NCBI GenBank assembly: GCA_950097015.1
Contig: CATNEN010000034.1
Location: 3,100,001 to 3,164,000, forward strand
Direction: 5' to 3'
Length of the DNA stretch: 64,000 nt
DNA from: Macrostomum hystrix
Lineage: Eukaryota > Animalia > Platyhelminthes
A model generated the notes under the pieces. That model searched no databases and was not told the origin of the DNA. It saw only the letters and a program-made list of their open reading frames with translations. A program made the translations under genes and the position numbers. This document shows, piece by piece, positions 1 to 11,964 of this stretch. How positions within the stretch are numbered: the stretch's first letter is position 1; every line of letters starts with the position of its first letter.

Positions 1-1822
1 GCTCAGCCAGCCGCGGCCGAGGCCGCCGTGGACGCCGCCGCTGCGGTTGCGTCAGCCGCAGCAGCCACCGTTGCCGCCGGCGGCAGCGCCACTGAAGCCG
101 CCGCTGCTGCCTACGCCTGTAGTAAGAAGATAAGCACCAACGAGTCCGCTCCTAAGACTGTTCTGCAGGTAAGCGTGGTCTTTAATTATCCCATTAATCC
201 CGATTCTGGTATGTAGGTACTAATTTAAACTGTTGTCTTCACTTACACCAATCTCCAGGCTCTTCAGCAGCAGTTCGGCTTAGACCTGAATGAACTGCGT
301 GTTACAAGAACTTTAAAGTACACCGACAAGCGGTTGGCAGAGGTGCCTGAGACTCTTCTAGAACTGCTGGCATCTGAGAATGAGATTGGAATTCAACTAA
401 ATCGGCTAGACCTATCTGGCAATGATCTAACTGCTCTGCCTAGCCGGCTAACTAGGCCACCGTTTGCCGACACCCTGCAGCACGTGTCTCTGCGTAAGAA
501 TAAGCTGGCTGGACAACTAGAGCCCGGTGTGACCCAGCTCTACGGCTTGACGGTGAGCTGGTTGTGTATGATTGATTGTTAGCATTAATAAGCCAGGTGT
601 GTTAATTATGTAGTCTATATAAGCCAGGTGTGTTAATTTTGTAGTCTAGATAAGCCATGTGTGTTAATTATTTAGTCTAGATAAGCCCGGTGTGTTAATT
701 ATGTAGTCGAGATGAGCCAGGTGTGTTAATTATGTAGTCTAGATAAGCCAGGTGTTAATTATGTAGTCTAGATAAGCCAGGTGTGTTAATTATGTAGTCT
801 AGATAAGCCAGGTGTTAATTATGTAGTCTAGATAAGCCAGGTGTGTTAATTATGTAGTCTAGATAAGCCAGGTGTTAATTATGTAGTCTAGATAAGCCAG
901 GTGTTAATTATGTAGTCTAGATAAGCCAGGTGTGTTAATTATGTAGTCGAGATGAGCCAGGTGTGTTAATTATGTAGTCTAGATAAGCCCGGTGTGTTAA
1001 TTATGTAGTCGAGATGAGCCAGGTGTGTTAATTATGTAGTCTAGATAAGCCAGGTGTTAATTATGTAGTCTAGATAAGCCAGGTGTGTTAATTATGTAGT
1101 CTAGATAAGCCAGGTGTTAATTATGTAGTCTAGATAAGCCAGGTGTTAATTATGTAGTCTAGATAAGCCAGGTGTGTTAATTATGTAGTCTAGATAAACC
1201 AGGTGTTAACTATGTAGTCTAGATAAGCCAGGTGTTAATTATGTAGTCTAGATAAGCCAGGTGTGTTAATTATGTAGTCTAGATAAACCAGGTGTGTTAA
1301 TTATGTAGTCTAGATAAGCCAGATGGGATAAATTATTGTTTAGATAGGACATGCGATTTAAATGACTGAGTTATTAATCTCATTTATCTTAGCTACCTAG
1401 CAAGAACTTATCAATTGCAATCTAATTCTTGTATCCAGGTGCTAGACCTGTCCGTCAATCAGCTAACCAGCCTGCCTAATGAGCTGACCAAGCTGTCCAA
1501 TCTGCGCGATTTAATTCTGTCCTACAATCGATTTGTGGACTTTCCCGAGCCGGTGTACAATATGCCAAAACTGGAGACCCTGCTATTGGCCAATAACGGC
1601 ATCTCCTCGCTGGCTCCTGATAGGCTGAGCGAGATGGCCTCACTGTCCACACTGGACCTGACTAATAACAACCTGGCCACTGTGCCGCCGCAGTTGGGCC
1701 TCTGTGCCGGACTGAAGAATCTTCACCTGGAGGGCAACCGGTTTCGGGTGCCTCGACCCGACCAGCTGGCTAAGGGTAGCGCCTTTGTGCTGGAATACCT
1801 ACGCAGCCGCATCGCCAGTTGA
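1..1822 (+). CDS. LRRC40: Leucine-rich repeat protein 40-like, 3' part (exons <1-168, 259-552, 1439-1822; 281 aa within window)
   Basis: Phase-0 splices CAG|GTAAGC (169), CCAG|GCT (259), ACG|GTGAGC (553), TCCAG|GTG (1439) join LRR units in frame. C-terminus LHLEGNRFRVPRPDQLAKGSAFVLEYLRSRIAS matches the LRRC40 ending as I recall it ([32 protein letters not shown]). Confidence 0.85.
588..1322. repeat. Intronic minisatellite, 29/31-bp unit CCAGGTGT(GT)TAATTATGTAGTCTAGATAAG
   Basis: About 24 tandem copies read directly, inside the LRRC40 intron 553-1438. Confidence 0.95.
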
Positions 1823-2252
1823 TTGATCACTGCAAGGGTCACCTAGCATTTTTTATATTCTGTAGGAATACATTTTGGAAATTAATCAATAAGGTCACAT
1901 TCTGCTGTGCGCCAGTGGCCATAATAAAAATAAGTTTCAGTGCCTCTAGACTTCTTTCCGTTTTTTGCTTGTACTCGTATTTACAGTTGTCAGCCAAAAA
2001 TCTAATTTGCTCACACTGCTGTCCAACCAAACCGGTGACTATTTGTCACCATCGGCTCCTAAATATTTCTATTTCCGAGCTGTGACTCCAGCAATGTGAT
2101 TTTTCTATGCGCATACAGATATTTTGTATGTATCCTGTGACATTGCAGCAAAATAATTACTACTTGATTTAGTAGCGTCTATAGATTTTAAAGCAGCTTT
2201 TTAATATTTTTCTTTAACGTTTTAAGCTATAATTTTTTTTCTTACTTTCGCT

Positions 2253-2996
2253 CGATTCTCCTTGGCTCCTGATTAGATTCTTGCTCAGGTTGCTGCGATT
2301 CTCTTTGGCCCCTGATACGATTCTTGCTCAGGTTGCTGCGATTCTCTTTGGCCCCTGATACGATTCTTGCTCAGGTTGCTGCGATTCTCTTTGGCTCCTG
2401 ATACGATTCTTGCTCAGGTTGCTGCGATTCTCTTTGGCTCCTGATACGATTCTTGCTCAGGTTGCTGCGATTCTCTTTGGCCCCTGATACGATTCTTGCT
2501 CCGGTTTTTGCGATCCTCTAAGGCACCTGATACGATTCTTGCTCAGGTTGCTGCGATTCTCAAAGGCACCTGATACGATTCTTGCTCAGGTTGCTGCGAT
2601 TCTCTTTGGCTCCTGATACGATTCTTGCTCAGGTTGCTGCGATTCTCTAAGGCACCTGATACGATTCTTGCTCAGGTTGCTGCGATTCTCTTTGGCCCCT
2701 GATACGATTCTTGCTCAGGTTGCTGCGATTCTCTAAGGCGCCTGATACGATTCTTGCTCAGGTTGCTGCGATTCTCTTTGGCTCCTGATACGATTCTTGC
2801 TCAGGTTGCTGCGATTCTCTAAGGCACCTGATACGATTCTTGCTCAGGTTGCTGCGATCAGAGCCATACACAAAAAGTACAAAATAGATTAAACTGCACG
2901 GCCGATCTTCTAGTACATGTACTTTTATTTGATCTTGCTGCGATTCTCTTTGGCCCCTGATTAGATTCTTGCTCCGGTTTTTGCGATTCTCTAAGG
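2253..2996. repeat. Minisatellite, 43-bp unit GATACGATTCTTGCTCAGGTTGCTGCGATTCTCTTTGGCCCCT
   Basis: Tandem copies with a variable tail (TTTGGCCCCT / TTTGGCTCCT / TAAGGCACCT), interrupted at about 2858-2929. Confidence 0.93.
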
Positions 2997-3085
2997 TACG
3001 CAATGAGTCACAATAAGTCATCCCTGTACAGATTCGACGTCGGATACTCCGTTTTCAGCATTGTTCCCATCCAGTGAATTAAGGA

Positions 3086-3400
3086 ATGAAGGCGCGCAGT
3101 GAAGCAGAAATAGAACAGAATGTTTCGAAATGCCACGTTTGCCAACACAGAAATCGGTGCTCAAGGCATGGTCAGAACCAAAGCAAGCTTGGTGTCGGGT
3201 TGAATCTGAAGTCGCCACGCTACCACCCCTCTTCAAATGGAGGTAACAGAGGCGGCAGTGAAGATTTTGAAGATCATGAAAACATTGTACACTTTTGGAG
3301 GGGTTTTTTCCCAGCCACCAATGAAGCCTGATTGTTGCACGCCTTTACTGTCTATGTCCCGAACCCCAGCGGCTCGTCTCGCTGTCTTACAGCCTTCCCC
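3086..3400 (+). mobile_element. Degenerate Ty3/Gypsy integrase relic
   Basis: Frameshifted pieces EIEQNVSKCHVCQ (H2C2 zinc-binding end), KSVLKAWSEPKQAWCRV, SPRYHPSSNG and VTEAAVKILK follow retroviral-type integrase motif order. The central catalytic region is missing. Confidence 0.55.
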
Positions 3401-3436
3401 AAACTGAGTTCTCTTGCTGCCCTAAGTCAGGCGGTC

Positions 3437-3574
3437 TACTTTTGGACCATAGACATTTCGGGCGTGCACCAATCGACAAAATAATCGATTGCTGCACGCC
3501 CCGCGAGACCGCTGGCTATATCCGCTCCGTGAGACTGATTGTTGCACGCCCCAACTGTCTGTGGTCCAAAAGTA
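3437..3574. mobile_element. 138-bp MITE-like inverted-repeat element
   Basis: Arms 3437-3474 and 3537-3574 are reverse complements (34/38 identical), and both outer ends are TA. Confidence 0.6.
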
Positions 3575-5259
3575 TACAATGCCAGTGATAAACGGCTATT
3601 CGTACTGCAAAGTTTTAAACCTCGGGCGCTACGCGCCCTCGGTTAAAAACATTGCAGCACTCATAGCCGTTTATTACTATATCATTGATTGTCAAGAACT
3701 GCAGACTCTGATTTTCCATTGCTAGAATTTAAACGATCATAACCATAGACAAAAACACTACGCGGAAAAAATCTGGCGCACAGCTATCATTTAAGAAGTC
3801 TGTATTCTATGGTAAATGACAAGGCCTGAAGCTGTTGTCTTGCGTAAGAAACTACAAACAATGATCATTAAAGCGCAAGAGATTGTCTGTGTCTGAAACC
3901 CTGCAGGTTCGGGCTTCAAGTGCAAAACTAAATGTAAAAGAGAATTTGGCCAAATATGAGAAATGCTTCAAGACTCATAATCAATATATAAAAACCTGGA
4001 AGACAACAGTTTTTACTTTGCTTTCTGAAAGTATTTTGGCTGCAATTGCAGCTACAGCTCCTGAATTTCCAAGACTTAAGCAAAGTTATTTTATTTTATT
4101 ATGGTGCATTTCAGTTACAAAAAGCGCACTATAGCGCTCTGACGACGATAAATCAAAGTAAAAAACATAGTGATATAAAATTTGAGGTTTGAAATAATCC
4201 GCATTAATAATAGGCTTCATTAAAAGTGGCTGCATGCATTTAGAACGAGGCACCGAAATTAGATATACGAATCTTGAGCATACAGTTTATTGCCGAAGCC
4301 TAATCCCATTTATGGTAATAAATTTTCCCATTATGCGGCCTTTGAGCCGTTTTGCTCTCGAATTATTGGGGCCCGGAGTCGTAAAACATTTTCTTCTGCA
4401 GAAAAGAAATTTTACCGAACTTGCCTGAGCAGTCTCAAATTTATCTCCCTTATGATCTTTCTTCTTGGTGCCCTACCTAAAATTGGCGTTTAGCAACTGG
4501 AATGATAGATTTTTCAAACAAAATCTCCCAAATCTCTTTTTAAATGTCCCATGGTTTACTAAGAAACTTTACTAGGAAATTAAGCCATGAGAGAAACTCA
4601 ATTTGTGTTACTTTCAGAAAACGTTTATCCCACCTCAAACTTCCCTAACCACTCAGTTAATCTCTTCTCTATTATCCCTTAATTTAAAAAATCTCATTTT
4701 CCTTTATTTCTCATCTGATCCCAATTCCATATCTATCTCGTTTTTACTCTACTCTCTCCCTCTTATAATATTTCCACTCACCTCCCCATCTCCTCTCCCT
4801 AGTGTCGAGTCACCTGGTTTTCTACGCAACAAGAAATATTTCCCATTAATGTTATTTCCCCCCTACAGCGATTATTACTCATAGCTAGCGCTTAGCGAGC
4901 ATTAAAAGCCATCAAAATAATGTAAACTATCAGCATCGTATTTTGCTCTTGAAGGAGCAAATGCATCTCTGGAAATTTATTTTCGCAGTTAGTTTTTGAG
5001 GGGCCTCGCATTAAGTTCAGTCTGGCTATATTTTTTGCATCACTGCTTCTATGTATTGCAGCCTAGTTTCCAGATATTGGTGCTCGAGATTAATCCGCAG
5101 CAATAATAGTTTCGGCTGAATTAAAATCTAAACTCAATCAGTCATGACTTCGCACACACACATGCTGCATAAGTAATGCAGTTGCGTAGCTGTGGAGGCT
5201 TGGAAATAGATTTTTAATCGATCCACTCTTGTTGAATGATCATTGTGGATTGGGCAATA

Positions 5260-6122
5260 CGAGGGGCGTTCAATAAGTTTCCGGATGCACAGAAATGAAA
5301 AGCGTCAGAGGGAAGATAAATGTCAGGCCTTTTCGAAGTACTCTCCAGCAGCTTCGATGCACTTTCTCATCCTTTCAAACCAAGTAGCAAAGCAGACAGC
5401 CCACTCTGACTGAGGGATGTCAAACAGGTGACTTTGGAAGGCCTCGACGGCCTGTTCCGGCGATGCAAATCGGACTCCCTTGAGCAGGCGCTTGACTTGT
5501 GGGAACACAAAGAAGTCACACGGTGCCAAGTCGGGGCTGTAGGGTGGGTGCTGAAGCAGTTGGACGCGATTCTGCTCCATGAACTCCACAGTTAGTCGCG
5601 CTGTGTGGGCCGGGGCGTTGTCCTGGTGGAGCAGCAACCCACGATGGCGAGTCCTTGGGCGCTTCTCAGCGATGGATTGCAGCACCTGGGGCATACACTC
5701 GGTTACATACCAGCCCGCAGTCACCGTCCGCTGTGTTACCAGCGGAATCTTCGCGAGCCTCGTCTTCGAGCGACACTCGGCCCCGACGAAATTCTGCGAA
5801 CCAGTCAAAGACGGTTGTTCTCGAGGGTGCAGTATCCCCGAAGGCTAGGCGAAGCCGTTCTAAGCTTTGCGACTGGTTCAGACCACATTTGTAGTCGTAA
5901 AAAATCATCGCCCTCCAGTGGATGCGTGACAGTTCCATAATAGATACTTGAAGTTGGAGGTGATAGGTAACTTTGAAGTGAAGTTGTGAGATTCAGGTTT
6001 ATTGTGTAATCATTATATTTTATGTCAAATCTCAGGAGATGTACATTTTTCATGTGAGTACATTTTGAGCAGCCTAGAGTGCGCTGGCTCTTATGGTCCG
6101 GAAACTTATTGAACGCCCCTCG
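5260..6122 (-). mobile_element. Mariner (DD34D) element, internally deleted and non-autonomous, 863 bp
   Basis: Perfect 26-bp TIRs CGAGGGGCGTTCAATAAGTTTCCGGA (5260-5285 / 6097-6122), TA duplication at 5258-59 and 6123-24, and transposase fragments inside. Confidence 0.95.
5323..5938 (-). pseudogene. Mariner transposase with internal deletion and frameshift
   Basis: N-terminal HTH part (MELSRIHWRAMIFYDY...WFAEFRRGRVSLEDEAR) is joined out of frame near 5752-5756 to the C-terminal part (HQDNAPAH...HPPYSPDLAPCDF; D-34-D). The WVPHEL linker and first catalytic Asp are absent. Confidence 0.92.
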
Positions 6123-6250
6123 TACAAGTACAAAACTTAAACATCTGAACAATCATAACGTAGTACTTTCACAAACCTGATACTTCATAAGGCGGAAACT
6201 AAACAAGCTAGAAGCTTGAGTATCCGGTATCTATAGTGAATCTTGGGTGA

Positions 6251-6362
6251 GGGAGGCTGAGTGGCAGAGCGGTTAATGCGTTTTCTTCTCGCACCAGGTC
6301 CCTGAGCTCGATTCCGCGGCGAGGCCACAATGATTAGGGGCACAGCCCCGAAGAGAAGGCTT
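6251..6362 (+). mobile_element. tRNA-derived SINE, copy 1 (3'-truncated)
   Basis: A-box-like GTGGCAGAGCGG and B-box-like GAGCTCGATTCC; homologous to four other copies in the window. Confidence 0.75.
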
Positions 6363-7239
6363 CACAAACCAGTAACTATACAAACCGAAAGCTACAGAAA
6401 CCGGAAGCTACTAATTGCTTTGCACAGCAACCACGTTATTTGATGTGAGCTGGCAAAGGTTTTAACCACCGAGTCACCGAGTCTATTCGCAGCAAACCGT
6501 ATGGACGAAAGTCTTCATTGGAAATCAATGTCTAGCAGAGCGGGTAGGTGCTTGAAGCCGATCTACTGCGGATAATATTTATCTGCTGTCTGTTATACTT
6601 CTAGGAAGTATCAAAACTAGCCCAGTTTTCTGACTAAGTTGCACGCCATTGCAGTCTCTCAACGAATGGATCAGCCAGCACATGGCCCAGCAAACCAGCT
6701 CTATAGTAGTCTTTTCCGCTGAGGAAAGTTTTTCTCATTCTCTTTCTTTCTGTGGGCTGTCAGAATCAGCAGCAGCTACAGAGCCGTTTATGTAGCTGCT
6801 TGTTATAGGCAGCGAGGGTCTAAGCCTACTGTCTGCAAAATACGCATCTAATAATTTATAGCTCTTCTATTTGTTATCTTTTTAACTGATTCGCCACTGC
6901 CTATACACCAGCTCCGCTAAATTCACAAGAGCTAATCCGAGACTATTTCTACGAAAGCGTTGGATTTCTGCTGATATTATTGGTCTGTGAGAAAGTTTAT
7001 GAACAACTTGCTACATCAATTTCATACCCCCACGCTTTTAGTCTGTATATGCCTTCGCGTGGGTCTGTTTTCCATTGGAACTGTTTGCCAATCTGGCTAC
7101 AATGCTTATTCATCGACTTATCACATTTATTTATTTCCAGTTTTTTTCACGTCTGGCTTACAACTGCTACTGCCAAACTCCTGGCAATTCATTTCTTCAA
7201 AAATCTATCATTCCTGTTTCTATTCGCACCTGTCTTAAG

Positions 7240-7965
7240 AAAAAATCCATCTCTCTTTCTCAAATGCCTCTCATATCTATTTATCTTCCTCAAATCCATC
7301 TCCCACCCATCTCTCTTCCTCAAATCCCTCCCCGATCCATCTCTCTTCCTTAACTGCATCTCATATCCATCTCTCTTCCTCAAATCCCTCTCCCATCCAT
7401 CTATCTTCCTCAAATCCATCTCATATCCATCTATCTTCCTCAACTCCATCTCATATCCATCTCTCTTCCTCAAATCCCTCTCCCATCCATCTCTCTTCCT
7501 CAAATGCCTCTCCCATCCATCTCTGTTTCTCAAATGCCTCTCCCATCCATCTCTGTTCCTCTAATGCCTCTCCCATCCATCTCTGGTCCTCTAATGCCTC
7601 TCCCATCCATCTCTGGTCCTCAAATGCCTCTCCCATCCATCTCTGTTCCTCAAATGCCTCTCCCATCCATCTCTGTTCCTCAAATGCCTCTCCCATCCAT
7701 CTCTGTTCCTCAAATGCCTCTCCCATCCATCTCTGTTCCTCAAATGCCTCTCCCATCCATCTCTGTTCCTCAAATGCCTCTCCCATCCATCTCTGTTCCT
7801 CAAATGCCTCTCCCATCCATCTCTGTTCCTCAAATGCCTCTCCCATCCATCTCTGTTCCTCAAATGCCTCTCCCATCCATCTCTGTTCCTCAAATGCCTC
7901 TCCCATCCATCTCTGTTCCTCAAATGCCTCTCCCATCCATCTCTGTTCCTCAAATGCCTCTCCCT
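7240..7965. repeat. Pyrimidine-rich minisatellite, 30-bp unit CAAATGCCTCTCCCATCCATCTCTGTTCCT
   Basis: Degenerate at the left end and homogeneous from about 7620; it accounts for the repetitive ORFs at 7189-8032. Confidence 0.95.
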
Positions 7966-8604
7966 CTACTCGTGTCCCTCTCTCCGCTGTATCTCTGTTT
8001 CTGATGTTCTCATGTACATTTTGAATCAACAATATGAACGCATATATCTCCTATTTACAGACTTTTTACTATAATACAATATAAGGTACGAAAGTGGTAT
8101 TTTGATGTCTTGTAGATACTTTCATAACTTGCATTGTTGTTTTTCTATTGTATTAGCTGAGTGACGTTAGTAATTTTCTGGCCTAAATATGAGTTACGAG
8201 CCAGTATGAACAAGCACTTTTGTACTAGTACAAGATTAAAGCATTGAAATTAATCTACATTTATTACTTCACTCACAAACAGTTTTTTATTGCACAAAAA
8301 ATAAGCTGCTATATTGGAATCTAGAACTAGGGCTTGCAAACCAAATTTGCTCAATTCTTGATTGGCTAGAGATCCTGCTGGCAATCATTGAAAATTTGTT
8401 CGTATTTGGTGCGCAATCGAAGCGTAAGCTGCTAGGTAATTTCAGTATTAAAAGCTTACGTTGACAAGAACAAGCAAGCATTTGAAAAAAACTGAATATC
8501 TTTAGGCTTACGCGTCTATATACTCGAGTTTCCACTATTTGTTACACAAAAATTTGCGAGCCATATTGTGTCGTGTGCCTTTTTGCGTGATTTTAGAATG
8601 TACT

Positions 8605-11056
8605 TTAAACGTCGGACGCTGCGAAAACTTGCTGGCGCCTGCCTCCTCTCACAGTGTCGCATCTAACACTGTCCACTGTGGCGTAGGCGTTGTACAAATC
8701 GTAGTGCCTCTGCTGCTGCTGCTGCTGTGCCTGATGCCGATGATAATGCTGACGCTGCTGATTGTAGCTTAACGACGAAGGCGGCGATGGCAGCGGAGGT
8801 GGAGGCTGCAGAGGCGGCGGAGGCGGCTGCGGTGATTGCTGCTGCTGTAAAGGCACTGCACGAGGTGGCAGCGACGGCGGCAGCTGCTTTCCAGATCTTC
8901 TGGTCAGCCGACGACTGAGCCAGGTGCGCCAGACTGTCAAGGACTGACTGTTAGCCCACACCAGCAGGCTGGCCGGCAGTCCGGCAGTCAGCGACATGAA
9001 GATCTTCAACATGTAGACGGCTGCTGACGGCTTCGCGGAGAGGCGGCAACCGGCGGCGCCGCTGACGCCGTCGCGAGTGGCACAGCCGGGCCTGTCCAGG
9101 ACCGAGTCGAGGCTGTGCGCCCAGCGCGATCGCTCGGCCAGCTCGTAGATGTTGGCGGCCAGCACACAGGCGGCAGGCAGGGCGAACAGGAAGGCGAAGA
9201 GGCTCAGCCGGGCGGCTCTCTGCTCGGAGCTGCAGCCGACGGCGGTGGGGTCGCCGGCCTGGGCGGCTGCGCTGGTTTTTTCCTCCGGCTGCTGCATGGT
9301 CGATCTGTGCTGCTGCTGGCTGAGCTCGTCGGACGGGAAGTGCGGAGCCCCGGGATGGGCGAGCACGGAGCGGAGGGCCGATACGAGGAAGCCCAGACCG
9401 AGCAGCAGGGCTGTTGCCATGGGCACCACCTGGATTTGATTGCGGCGGAGAGCACCTGAGAGTCCCGTGTAGCTAGCTAAAGCTCCTAATGCGCTCGTAA
9501 TTATTACTTTACTTTCGACTGGTCTGTGGGCACTTTCTCATCGCCAGACAGTGTACACTCCCACTATGCCTTGGAGGTTGGCCCTAATGGGCGTAAGTTG
9601 CGCAAAAACCTCCAAGCCTTCTCTCCGCGGCTGTGCCCCAAATAAATGTGGCCTCGCCGTGGAATCGGGCTCAGGAACCTTAATGCGAGAGGAATGCGCG
9701 TTAGACCGCTCTGCCACGTGACGAAAACGAAATTCCAACCTGAAACATGAGCAGATCGGCTGGCCTCGAACCGTCCACCACGCACAGGTGAGTGAGCTCG
9801 TCACCTTCGATGCGTTGCAGTACCAGCAGGGTCACGCTGAGCAGCAGCGGCGCCCCCCAGGCCAGCAGGTGCAGCCACACAGTGCGCTCGGCCAGCAGCC
9901 TGTGATGCCACCGCCTGGCAGCGCTGAGGTGCCAGCAGAGCGCCAGAGCCAGCCACCAGAGCAGGCCGGCCAGCCAGCTGAAGTACAACAGCAGGAAGAT
10001 GGCCGCGCACCACTGACCGGCGTGTCGGCTGACGAGCACCAGCTCGTTGGCCACTCCGGGGCCGGCGGCCATCGAGGCGGACCGGCTGCAAGCCAGCTCC
10101 GGGCCGAGGGCGGCGCGCAGCAGGTGTCCCCCAGCGTGCACCAGGTGGCAGGCCGACACCCACACCACGGGCCGCTCGGGATAGCGAAATCGGCCCGCGT
10201 CGATAGCGAAGGTTGCCAATGCCAGGCCGGAGTAGACGACCGCCGCCACTGACCAGGCGAGCATCCAAGCGCCGGCGAAGTCGCGATCCTCTTTGGCGAA
10301 TAAGTAGCTGGACAGGCAGCGCTTGGCGCACCAGCCGCCGCCGCCTCCACCGACTGTAATCTCAGCCAGGGAGCACTTCTGACCATGCGACGCGCTGCCG
10401 TCAGCTTTGCCTCGACCCGGCACAGCTGAGGCGCCAGACGCGGCAATGTCAATGTTCGCTGACGCGTTTCCCCATCGATCCGTGCCGCTGGCGCCAATAT
10501 GGTTGCTGAGAGGCAGCTGCGGCATGTGCTGATTAAGCTGATCCACCAGGGCGTTGAACTCCTCATTGCTAGGCCGCAGGCAGAGATTCCTCCTAGAGCC
10601 GACGTTCTCCTTCTCCAGCAGCTCGCAGTCCAGGTGTTCCGGCCAGTCGGAGCCGTACTGGCTGAGCCTGGCCTGGCAAAGGCGCCTCACCGACTGGCAG
10701 AACTCGCGACACGGCCGGACCAGCAGGCTCTGGTCGCGATTGCAGAACGGCAGGTGGACGGAGCAGGCCAGCAGGCGCAGGTACGGAGCGCACTGCGTGT
10801 TGACGAGCTTATCGAGACCGTCCAGTTGGCGGGCGACGCGGTCCTGGTTGACGAAACTGGCGGTGCTGTTGTAGCGGATGCTGGCACAGGCTGTCACCCG
10901 GATTGGCACTGGTGCGCAGGACTGTTCCGCCCTGGCGGAGTCGACGGCATCTTCGCCGCCAAGTGAGATCACAACTGCCGAGGAAGAGGCCGCATTCGCT
11001 GCTGCCGAGGCGATAATAAGCAGGAATGGGATAATGGATCTTTCAAGCGAAGGCAT
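8605..11056 (-). CDS. FZD: Divergent Frizzled-family Wnt receptor (exons 11056-9740 and 9429-8605; 713 aa)
   Basis: Signal peptide, 10-Cys CRD with YNST, ICL1 RFRYPERP and seven hydrophobic segments. The phase-0 intron CAG|GTTGGA...ATCCAG|GTG gives an ungapped alignment to the Frizzled GD..C.V....L..F...P segment. C-terminal PDZ ligand SDV. Symbol is family-level only. Confidence 0.93.
9532..9718 (-). mobile_element. tRNA-derived SINE, copy 2, inside the Frizzled intron
   Basis: Minus strand reads GTGGCAGAGCGGTCTAACGCG...GAGCCCGATTCCACGGCGAGGCCACA...GTGTACACTGTCTGGCGATGAGAAAGT. Confidence 0.8.
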
Positions 11057-11964
11057 GTCTGTCCTTAGTTATTGTTGGGTCTTCTGGATCTTCTGGAATT
11101 TTCTGCCAGCTTTTATCCCAGATGTGTCTTTGCTAGTTTGGTGGGTTCCTTCCTCTATTAGCGGCTCTGAGCCCTCACCATTGGCCCTGGCGTTCTGCAC
11201 CCTCCTCTAGCCCGCTCCACCCAATTTTGCGCTTGTCACTTTTTCTGAAGCTAAAAATCTAAGAGAATGAAGCCGCTAACTACTCGCAAGGCTGATGTCG
11301 CGCGCACCAAAAATGTGATTTGGCCTCGAAACAACTAAGAAAACCAAACTTTAGGAAACAGATCTCCCTATATACTCCAATAGGTAAGCAATGGGAATAA
11401 AAAATTCAAGTGGCGCTCGGCAGGGAGGGTCATCAGTCAATGTCGGCGGTCGGGGGGTTGTCGGAGGGCGGAGGAAGTGGTCTGCCAGCATGGAGCGTGG
11501 AACCAAAACGCTCCTTATCTTTTTTTCGCTGCCCCTGGCTCTCTTTGAGAGGGCCGCTTTGGGCCCCTGGCTTGGCGGTGTGTGTGCTGTGTGTGTGGAA
11601 GGCGGGGTAACTGATTTGAGGGAGGGGGTGGGTGGAACGGAACCCTGTCGGTTCGGTGAGGTTGCGGGCTTTGAATAATTACCTTCCGCCATACGCTCCA
11701 GCTCCCTATGCTGAAACCTGTGCAGTCGAGGAGGTGAGCCGGGTGACTGGAAAATTAGACTGAATTTACGGGACATTCTTCCCTCAAGCACAAACACACT
11801 GGCTTTATATTTCTCTCCTTCCTTTTGTTATAGTTTTCAATAGAGATTCAGACTCTATTACTATAAATTAAACACCTGGGAAAGAAGCGAATAATATTCC
11901 CATAAATCAAACTGATTCCATTCACCAATCTTTATTATTTACCTGATCCACTCTTTATCGCCTG

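Noticed and set aside
2253-2996. CRISPR-like look (constant part plus variable part)
   Set aside because: Variable segments are about 10 bp and recur, there are no unique spacers or cas genes, and the context is eukaryotic.
6251-6330. Possible tRNA gene
   Set aside because: No clean cloverleaf or acceptor stem; it continues into a shared non-tRNA body found in four other copies, so it is a SINE head.
6980-8032. Repetitive ORFs (MPLPSISVPQ, EEQRWMGEAF and others)
   Set aside because: Products of the 30-bp minisatellite.
9115-10966. Many overlapping and antisense ORFs across the Frizzled gene
   Set aside because: Shadow ORFs caused by GC-rich coding sequence with few stops. The same applies to 28029-28443 and 30227-30855.
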